NCBI RefSeq assembly: GCF_009914755.1
Contig: NC_060925.1
Strand: one strand, 5' to 3'
Length of the DNA stretch: 64,000 nt
Origin: the human T2T-CHM13v2.0 reference genome, Homo sapiens
The stretch's first letter is position 1. Each line of letters begins with the position of its first letter. The notes under the pieces are model-generated. The model ran no database searches. It worked only from the letters and a program-made list of their open reading frames with translations, and had not been told where the DNA came from. A program made the position numbers and the translations under genes. Shown here piece after piece: positions 53,495 to 64,000 of this stretch.

Positions 53495-55811
53495 TGATAT
53501 GGTTTGGCTTTGCGTCCCCACCCAAATCTCATCTTGTAGCTCCCATAATTCCCATGTGTTGTGGGAGAGACCTGGAGAGAGATAATTGAATCTTGGAGGC
53601 AGGTCTTTCCCATGCTGTTCTCATGATAGTGAATAAGTCTCATGAGAACTGATGGTTTTAAAAACAGGAGTTTCCCTGCACAAGCTCTCTCTTTTTGCCT
53701 GCTGCCATCTATGTAAGACGTGTTGCTCCTCCTTGCCTTCTGCCATGATCGTGAGGCTTCCTCATTCATTGGAACTGTAAGTCCATTAAACCTCTTTCTT
53801 TTGTAAATTGCCCAGTCTCAAGTATGTCTTTATCAGCAGAATGAAAGTGGACTAATATAGTGAAATGGTACCAGTAGAGTGGGGTGCTGCTGAAAAGATA
53901 CCTGAAAATGTGGAAGCAACTTTGGAACTGGGTAACAGGCAGAGATTGGAACAGTTTGGAGGGCTCAGAAGAAGACAGAAAAATATGGGAAAGTTTGGAA
54001 CTTCCTAGAGACTTGTTGAATGGCTTTGACCAAAATGCTGATAAGAATGTGGACAATGAAATCCAGGCTGAGTTGGTCTCAGATGGAGATGAAGAACTTG
54101 TTGGGAACTGGAGCAAAGGTAATTCTTGTTATGTTTTAGCAAAGAGACAGGTGGCATTTTGACCCTGCCTTAGAGATTTATGGAGCTTTGATCTTGAGAG
54201 AGATGATTTAGGGTATCTGGTGGAAGACATTTCTAAGCAGCAAAGCATTTAAGAGATGATTTGGGTACTGTTAAAGGCATTCAGTTTTAAAAGGGAAGCA
54301 GCATACAAGTTTGGAAAATTTGCAGCCTGACAATGTGATAAAAAAGAAAATTCCATTTTCTGAGGAGAAATTCAAGCCAGCTATAGAAATTTGCATAAGT
54401 AACAAGAAGCCAAATGTTAATCCCTGAGACAATGGGGAAAATGTCCCCAGGGCATGTCATAGGCCTTCATGGCAGCCCCTCCCATCACAGGCCCAGAAGC
54501 CTAGGAGAAAAACCTGGCTTTGTGGGCTGGGCCCATGGTCCCTCTGCTGTGTGCAGTCTAGGGACTTCGTGCCCTGTGTTGCAGCCACTCCAGCCATGGC
54601 TAAAAGGGGCCAATGTAGAGCTTGGGCTGTGGCTTCAGAGGGTGCAAGCCCCAAGCCTTGACAGCTTCCACATAGCGTTGAGCCTGTGAGTGCACAGAAG
54701 TCAAGAATCAGGGTTTGGGAACCTCTGCCTAGGTTTCAGCAGGTGTATGGAAATGCCTGGATGCCTAGGCAGAAGTTTGCTGCAGGGGCCAGGCCCGCAT
54801 GGAGAACCTCTGCTAGGGTAGTGCAGAAGGAAAATAGGGCGCGGGGGTCGAAGCCCCCACACAGAGTCCCTACTGGGGCACCACCTAGTGGAGCTGTGAG
54901 AAGAGGGCCACCATCCTCCAGACCCATCCTACCAGAATGGTAGATCCACCAACAGCTTGCTCCATGTGCCTGGAAAAGCTCAGACACTCAACGCCAGCCT
55001 GTGAAAGTAGCCAGGACAGAGACTGTACCCTGCAAAGCCACAGGGGTGGAGATGCCCAAGACCATGTGAACCCACCTCTTGCATCAGCATGACCTAGATG
55101 TGACACATGGAGTCAAAGGAAATCATTTTGGAGCTTTATGATTTGACTGCCCTGCTGCATTTTGGACTTGCATGAGGCCTGTAGCCCCTTTGTTTTGGCC
55201 AATTTCTCCCATTTGGAATGGCTGTATTTACCCAATGCCTGTACCCTCATTGTATCTAGGAACTAACTTGCTTTTGATTTTACAGGTTCATAGGTGAAAG
55301 GGACTTGCCTTGTCTCAGATGTGACTTTGTACTGTGGACTTTTGAGTTAATGCTGAAATGAGTTGAATTTGGGGGACTGTATGGAAGGCATGATTGGTTT
55401 TGAAATGTGAAGACATGAGATTTAGGAGAGGCCAAGGGCAGAACGATATGGTTTGACTCTGTGTCCCCCCCACAAATCTCATCTTGTAGCTTCTGTAATT
55501 CCCACTGTTGTGGGAGGGATCTGGAGGGAGATAATTGAATCATGGAGGTAGGTCTTTCCTGTGCTGTTCTCACAATACTGAGTAAGTCTCATGAGATCTG
55601 ATGGTTTTAAAAACAGGAGTTTCCCTGCACAAGCTCTCTCTTTTTGCCTGCTGCCATTCATGTAAGATGTGACTTGCTCCTCCTTGCCTTCTGCCATGAT
55701 CATGAGGCTTCCCCAGCCACATGGAACTGTAAGTCCATTAAACCTCTTGCTTTTGTAAATTGCCCCGTCTTGAGTATGTCTTTATCAGCAGTATGAAAAC
55801 AGACCAATACA
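53495..55811 (+). mobile_element. Full-length THE1B MaLR element: LTR 53495-53859, internal 53860-55443, LTR 55444-55811
   Basis: Two homologous LTRs, about 1.6-kb internal region with the MaLR ORF remnant (VTGRDWNSLEGSEEDRKIWESLELPRDLLNG), perfect TSD CCCAT at 53490-53494 and 55812-55816. Confidence 0.96.
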
Positions 55812-55816
55812 CCCAT

Positions 55817-56497
55817 GGTCACAGGTCAAACCAAGGAAGTAGAGTCAAAACCTTTGTTAAGATCTCTGAAATAATTAGGCTGACATGTAGTATATCTTTT
55901 CAGTTGGACAAGATTGTTTCTAGGAAGTGTAAACTTGTAGTCCCACAGAAATCTGATAGGCCCAAAGTATTTGTAATTAAATCTAGAGAGAAAGGCATGT
56001 CTAAAAGGGAACGATAAATGTGGTTTTTGACAAATAAAGTTGATGTGTATCAAATATATAGATGATCCATAAATTTTTGAAGAAAGAACCAAGCTGGGCT
56101 AAAAGAAATTGAAACTTGATGTGAAAAGTTCTTTAAATTTCTATATGTTGGAAGCAGGCTGAGAAAACTGTTCAGTCATCAAAAAAGGGCATATTTTTCA
56201 AAGCCTTAATCAGAAGTAGTCAATTAGGGTGATAAACAGGGAAGAACGTCATAAAAGATTGAATTAAGGTCTGTGGCTAACTTAGGACTGGGAATATACT
56301 CCCATGGATCAGAAACAGGACCTAATCAATACATATTTCCTATCACAGAGTAGGATGACCTGGCAGCATTTGATCAGCAGGATTTTCAGACTTGCTTATT
56401 GGAGCAATGACTGCTATATGATTATGGAATCACCCAAGACCAGCAGAACTGCCTCAGTCAACCCACAGCTTCACAAGAATAAATAGTTGTTTTAAGG
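55817..56497 (+). mobile_element. MLT1-int remnant plus MLT1H/I/J-type LTR 3' part (host of THE1B and MER58B)
   Basis: aaaacctttgttaagatctctgaa...gtcccacag...ggcatgtctaaaaggga; LTR end acccacag..aataaatagttgttttaag resumes at 57551 (ttttaagttactgagttttg). Confidence 0.6.
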
Positions 56498-56720
56498 GAG
56501 AAGTTGGCAAACTTTTTTTTTAAAGGGAGCAATAATAAATATTTTGGGCTTTGTGGGCCACATGATCTGCTTGCAACTATTCAACTCTGCTGTTGCAGTG
56601 CAAAAACAGCCATAGACATGCATACGTAAATGAGTATGGCTGTGTTCCAAAAAAACTATTTCTGGACATTAAACTTTTAATTTCATATAATTTTTCATAT
56701 ATAAAAGATATTATATTGAT

Positions 56721-57450
<730 letters not shown>

Positions 57451-58611
57451 TTTGTTTTTTTCATCTATTGAAAAATATAAATATCAGTCTTAGCCCACAG
57501 TGTCAATATATAGTCAAGTTGGATTTGGCCTCTGGGCCAATAGTATCCTGTTTTAAGTTACTGAGTTTTGTGGTCTTCCCTTAAGTTTTCTTCAGTATTA
57601 CAAGATGGAGATTCTATAGCTCATTACAGTAATATTCCTAAAAATCCTTTTTAGAGTCCTGTCTTTTGCCAAAGTTTCATTTCTTATGGTAGCTATTCAA
57701 ACTTCATCTTTCTTTCTTTCTCTCAATCTGCCAGATCCTAGACCTTTTATTCCTATCAATGTACCTGTAAGTTTTCTTATGTAACATGATTTGTTCTCTT
57801 AACATTTTTTTCATTTCATTTTATCTCTGATAAACAAAAATAAAATACTTTCCTTGGGACCTACCCTCTTAGAAGGCCAGAAACACAGGGAAATGTACGT
57901 ATTTATTATTTACCCAGGCACACATAATATACTTATAGAAATAATATTACACTTGATGCTATAAGAAAATTACAAAAAAAGTTGTGTAATAAATCTAAAC
58001 TCCTTTTTCTTAAAAAGTATTATTTCATACCGATAAGAATAAAAAGAAGGCTGATCTGAGTCATGCCTATGAGGGAGGCAAGAAGAAATGTTCACTAACT
58101 GATAGATCACAGTTAAATGCAACTACAAACCCAGCAATTTTTAAATTGTGATTCAGCACTGCAAGTATTTTCAACTCCATTTCAGCAGATACTGACATTT
58201 AAGTACTACAGCAAGGCACTATTAGGTTACACACGTCTGCACGTGTTCAGATAAACATACTCACTAAACTCCCTAATTCCCTTTAGAAGGATAAGGAAGC
58301 CCATTAACCGGATCTCATCACTGACCAGGATGAAATTGGTTGTCGTTTGTCAAGGACAGTTTATAACATATCCCTTCGTACTTTGAGCTATTTGAAGTGC
58401 TTGTGGCATTTCAGACTGTGGAATGTATTTTCTAGTCTAAAATCATCATAAAATGAAGAAGGAGGAAAATAGGCTTTCTTTTCATTATTTTCTTTTTCTC
58501 CTGACTTCTCTCATAGTATTTTAATCTAAAATTATTTTTACAGAATATTTTCTAGGACAAAGATCTGGATCAGAACATCAATTCCACTTTGATGACTTTT
58601 GACCAAAACTT

Positions 58612-58785
58612 CAGAGTGAGAGAGAAAAGAGGACAGCAGAAGGAGAAATGAGGAGAGGGGATATAGGAGATTAGGCCTGAGAGAGGGCAAGACAGGTGAG
58701 GGGAGGGAAGGAAACAAAGAAGAGAAACTGAGAAGAGAGACATAAGGAGCAAGGAGAGAATAGAATTTACATTAGAGAGAAAGAG
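58612..58785. repeat. GA-rich low-complexity tract
   Basis: Purine-rich run seen directly. Confidence 0.7.
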
Positions 58786-59134
58786 TTAATTCTCATGAAA
58801 TGTAGATAGAGAGGAAAGAAGCTGTTTCAGTTCCTGCCTAGTAGGAAAGACTTAATTAAAAAATTTAAAACTGCTGAAAATGCCATTTTATTATTGGCAT
58901 AATAGCTGTTTCAATGTTAACAGCACTTTTGAAACACAGCCATTTTGTCCCTAGTTCAGAAAACTCTCGGAAAGGGACATGTTTTTGAGAGTTCAAGCAG
59001 GAAAATACCGCAAAGAATGGGGCCTAAAATTTTGAAGGCAGAGCTAGCATAATGATTTTATCTTACCCCTCAGCTTTCACCAATTGGTCTACTTAGAGTG
59101 CTATGAAGAGTAAAAGTCCAATGTCACGTCTGGG

Positions 59135-59564
59135 TGTGGTGGACAGAGAAGTGCCATCCAAATAACTCTTCAAGGAAGGATTTATTGCCCCAGCTCTGGG
59201 AGAGCAGTCAACAGACAGCCTCCAGCATTCAACTCCTTCCAGATCTGCTTCAGCTGCAGATAATCATTTCAACCAAGGTCCTGACCTTCCCAAGGTAGCC
59301 CACTCCAGTGATTAATCATGGTGAGAATGTGAAGATCCAGCCAGTTTGGGTCAGTAGCAGGTCAGCTTTGATGGGCGTATGCTCCAGAGCTCACTGGAGA
59401 GTTGCATGAGGGTTTGTCAGGCTTACCACACAGCCTCGCAATTCCATTTCTTCCTCTGCCTGATCCTGTTTTCCCTCTACCTGCCACAGTGTTGATCCCT
59501 AATCAATACCCTGTACTTGCACTCTTGTCTAAGTGTCTGCTTCCAGTGAACCCAAACTGCAACA
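59135..59564 (+). mobile_element. LTR16C-like ERVL solo LTR
   Basis: tgtggtggacag...cagctgcaga...gttgatccctaatcaataccctg...ctgcttccagtgaacccaaactgcaaca. Confidence 0.8.
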
Positions 59565-59864
59565 CAGTTAAAACGAGTGTTGTAATTGATTTGCAATATC
59601 TGCCATGGGCAGGGATGAGCATGCTTTTTCCTAGGTCTGTACCATTTCTATTAAGGAAAAAATTGCTTCCTTCAAATCTCAAACCACAATGGCAGAACAA
59701 TTAGTTATTTTCCTGGTCTAAGAGTTAATATCAAAAGGAATATTGGGATCCTATGGAGAAAACACCAGAAAGTTTCAATTTTATTCATCAAGCATTGATA
59801 TTAGCTCCACACCAGGTAGAATGTAATAGTATATGCAAACAATTAAAACATAATTTAAAAGATA

Positions 59865-60230
59865 CTACCTAGAACTCCGCAATAGGGCTGTGGAAGTCTA
59901 GAAAACAGAGATCAACTTTGATAAGAGAAGTTGGGAAAGAGAAATGACAAGTATTTTCCTATCATAAAAAGAACATGGAAGGGTTCTTCAGGTATAGAGG
60001 GTGGAATGTACAGAAGCAATGAGTCCAGGAAACATGGAGTGCTTGGAGGAATGGCAGGTATTTTAGCATGATGAAGTGTAGGGTGAGCAAAGCTTGCAGA
60101 GGGGATCAGGTGGAGAGGCAGAATATGAGACTACAACATCTGGTGACTGCCAGTTGGGAAAGTATTTTTTGCCTTGCTCAGGAGTTTGGACTTTATCCAG
60201 TAGCAGTGGGTGCTTTTGGAAGGGGAAGCT
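59865..60230 (-). mobile_element. L2 fragment
   Basis: gccttgctcaggagtttggactttatccagtagcagtggg. Confidence 0.55.
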
Positions 60231-61259
60231 GACATTCTATGTGTATGTTAATGTTTTGGACAGATGTTAGGCTTTTCTTGTTTTGGATTTTGCTATAGTT
60301 CTCATTTGGATTAGTTTACACCTCTGTGGGCCCTTCATTCCCTAAAGAGGGTGAGTATTTCAGGTGTTCATCGTTTGGGAAAGGCAAGCCTCAGAACAAC
60401 TGGAGAAGGAATTCCTCTTTCTCTCTTGGCCTCTTGTGGTCTGGGGCCGGAATTTTAATGAGGCTCAATATGCAGTAGCTTTAACTGCAGAGTCCTGGGA
60501 TATTAGGCAAGGCAGGGAGAGGGCTTCTCACATGTTGAAACAGGCCAAGGGATAGGAGAGGGAACCACAAAGCAAAATATAACCTGTGAATCAGAATTCT
60601 AAATCAACTTCCTTTTTGCTGTCCCTGAGCTTTAGGGAAATCATGTGTGTGCTGGACTGGAGGTATCTCCCTGGTGTGCCAGCAAGTGGAATTAGAAAAC
60701 ACCCTTATTGGAAGTCCTCCAACTGCTCTGGGCAGTTTCCTTAAGTGTAGTAGGATGCTCAGGGATACAGATGTCCAGCCACATTTCCTGATTTGTGTAA
60801 GTCTCAGGAGCCCTGTAAGAAAGTCTATAAACTCATCCACAATTAGGGTTTATTGCAGATACAGCTGATAGACCCAGTGAGGGGGTTGGAGTTCAGGGCA
60901 GTGGGAGGGACAGGGGATGGTTGATGGACTGGGGCAGGAGTAGGCTCTTAGGAAGTATAAATGCAGGAAGAATCAACAGGATCCTTGGCACAAACAACTC
61001 ATAAGTGTAAAATGAGAGGAAGACTCCAGCAGCAGTGCCAAATGTGGCAGAGGAGCAGGAGTTTTAGTACTACAACAGGTTGTACTTGAAACTCTTCTCA
61101 CAGCAGTGCTGCCTAGGGGCACATGTGCTCTCTGGGAAGGAGAGAGCTAGGGGGTAAGACTGATAGAATCATTGCTCAAGTAATTTTTCCACAAAACCTC
61201 ATCAAAAAGATTTGCGCTGGAGAAGAGGTAGAGATCATCCCTAGCTAGAGAGACAGGTG

Positions 61260-61800
61260 TGGTCCAAAGACTGGGAGGCAGCAGATAATGGAACTTCACT
61301 GGTCTTATCAGAGAGATAAGTCTAATCTATGACAAGAATGTGACAATGAAAACTAAAGGAAATATAGGTGGTAACATGAATAGGACATTGTGGTATTAAA
61401 TATGGGAGTGGTGAGAGAAATAGAGGATCTAACAATGCTACTGTGACAGCTTAGATAATAATATGACAATTTAGTGAAGGATGCAGGAAAAAGAACCAGA
61501 ATGAAGAAAAATGGAGAAAAGAAAGGGTTTTATTTGGAGACAGTTTTCACATGTTGGAGCATGTTGCTTGATTGTCTGGTAGAGTATTTGGGTGAGAAAA
61601 ACATCAAACAGTTGGGTAGCATGGATCTGGATCTTTTTAGAGAAGTGGCAGATGAAGTACTAATATTGGAGATGGTTAAGAATAGAAGACTGGAAATATT
61701 ATATTTAAGGAACGATCAAAAGCCGTGGAATAAAGAGGATGCAGACTATTCAAGGCAAAGAAATATATAGAAAAAAAAAGTATTTTGTGGAAGTTAGGGG
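61260..61800 (-). mobile_element. Diverged L2 fragment
   Basis: Purine-rich L2 antisense motifs (gactgggaggcag, cagttgggtagcatggatctgga). Confidence 0.45.
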
Positions 61801-63604
61801 AATTACTCTATCCCAGATATATGCCACATTGAAAAGAGGAAATAGTAAAAGTGAGGTTACCGCTGACTGAGATCAGATGGTCAGCAACACCAAAAGATGA
61901 GGCCTTTCAAACTATTGATCTGTGGTTATATGGTTGAGTAAAATCCCTCAGAGCACCAGCAATATCACAGGTAAAGATACTACCCTATAGTCCTATGTCC
62001 TAATGTAATGTACCTTCAAGAAAAGATGGGAAGGGTCTGCTCTCAGGGATATGGACCAGAGAGAAAGTCCAACCCTAAGACGTAAAGGTGATTATTAACA
62101 AAAGGAAGGAGTCAAATTAGAACAACCCAGTTACTTACCCTGTTGTCTTTCCTTGATCATTCTCTACATGTGGCTCACAACTACATCCAAGGTAGATGCA
62201 CCAGAATCTTGAAGGAGTAGGTGTTCAGTGACAAAACGTTTCCCAGGAAATTTGAGCATCTATCTCCACGGTTGAGAAACTTTTGCTTTAGACCTGCAAT
62301 TTAATCATTTCTAAAGTTTCAGGTTTAAGGAATTTTACAGCAGTTGGTGAACCCAAGCAGCCATTTAGGGAAGACTGTAGTGCATAGGCAGGAACTACCT
62401 ATAAATAGTCACTGCTTTTCCAGGATTATTCCTTTGATTCAGATGTTTTCTTAGTTGAAGAGAAAAATCAGCTACCTCACCTTTGTCATCCTTTCCAAGG
62501 CTTGCCTTGGATGTGCCATGATTTGGAGAAATTTTTGGAAGTCTTAGACCATGCTTGTGCTCCCTCCACCCCACCCCATGTCCTGTTCTGTTCCATTCCT
62601 TTTTTTCTGGCCGTGCTCCAGGAACTCCAGTTACTCTACAAAATGTCGTAACTGGGTGTGATGTAGCACTGAAGAATCACATTATGCCTGTCTCCAAAGA
62701 AGGGTGAAATTTCATTTTCCTCACAATTAAGGAAATAAACAAATGCCATATTTTTCTCATTTTATTATGCACATATTAAGAAAGGAAAAGGAACTCACTA
62801 AAGAACATTGAGATATTTGTTGTTTCTAATGTGGAAAACTGAAGTAAAGTAAAGCTACAAAAGCCTCAGAATAACATTCATTTTTCTTGCAAATGATGTT
62901 TAACTGAGGTCTCGTTCACAAATTGCATAAAAGCAGAATTTATTAATATTTTCTTCATTTTTAAAAAAGTAGGGCTTTGTTTTCAAGCACAAACAGGACA
63001 TCTAAATCTATTAATAATTAAAAATCTAAATGTTATCATTATCAGAAACTAAGCAAAACTGAAACTCCTTTATAAAACATGCTACTTAAAGATGCAAGAG
63101 AGCTGCCTGATAAAAATCAATCAAAATAAGTCCAGAAGTGTTTTTTCTTCTTAAGAAAAAAAAATGATGTAATTGGTAATTACAAAGCCAGAATAGAACA
63201 TAATAGCTACTCTTTAAATAGTTGATTAAGGTTCAATGAGTTTCTCTATAGTGTTCTGAAAAAAGGTGACTATTTAGTAAGCAAAGGAGAAGACCTTCTG
63301 AGATAAGCAAATAGAATTAGGTAAAGACATTTTCTAATTTATATCCAGGAGGGAAAAAAATCTCATCCTCTCGGCCACTCACTTTACAAATCAGTTTCAT
63401 TAAAAAACTAAAATAAATTCAGTATTTGCAAAGATGTAATGGTTCAGATCCGTGCTTTCTTTCCCAAAGATCACATATGTTTTGTTTTCAAATCATTAAT
63501 TGAAGGCACAATAAAATGAATTCTTGAAAATTCTTTGATATAATTTGTATGCTATTTTAACCCAACACTAAGTAAAATTTGCTTTCTTGGTATTTCTTTT
63601 AATT

Positions 63605-63660
63605 CTTTCATTTATTCTACAAATATTTACTGAATATACACAATGTTCTAGGCACTATGG
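63605..63660 (-). mobile_element. L2 3' tail
   Basis: tcatttattctacaaatatttactgaatatacacaatgttctaggcactatg. Confidence 0.65.
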
Positions 63661-64000
63661 TCAGAATTCTTTTAAAAAACACAATTTAATTTTGCTTTAT
63701 ACAAAAGGGTTAAGAGTGAAGACATTTTTCCTCTCATAATCATGGAAAGATATAACTTCTTTTTTATCTTTTTTATGCTGAATTTTTTTGGCATAAACAT
63801 ATTTTCACTTGTGACAAAAGAAAATAAGTTTAATTCTCACCACTGACAAAAAAATATAAAGACAGCTTTTTAAGTTCTTGTCTTACATTTGATTATCACT
63901 TGCTTTGCCTTGCAGGGTGCTCAGCACTAAAAGGGAATATATTTATTTTCATTTCTTCCCACTTTCCCTTACACTGTTCCTACTGCTCTCCTTTCTAGGA

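Noticed and set aside
62133-62295. Minus-strand donor GG|GTAAGT with a possible exon
   Set aside because: Weak acceptor, stops in all frames, and the body looks like a MER5-type fragment

Overview
AT-rich, CpG-depleted primate (human-like) non-coding DNA, probably intergenic or deep intronic. I could not name the locus. I recognise no intact protein-coding gene, RNA gene, CpG island or CRISPR array; the ORF track is explained by repeats or chance. About half or more of the window is fossil transposable elements: 7 Alus, truncated L1s, many L2/MIR pieces, MaLR/ERV1/ERVL solo LTRs, a full-length THE1B with a perfect CCCAT target-site duplication (TSD), MER58/MER63/Tigger1 DNA-transposon remnants, and a near-full-length Zaphod-like hAT-Tip100 element whose decayed transposase motifs are still readable. 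Several insertions are nested up to four levels deep with readable TSDs. Unique stretches hold candidate regulatory clusters (FXR-type IR1, AP-1, homeodomain, E-box/HRE) and several + strand exon-like splice-site pairs that could belong to a spliced host transcript. Repeat family names come from my recall of consensus sequences and need RepeatMasker/Dfam confirmation. I found no convincing novel biological system.
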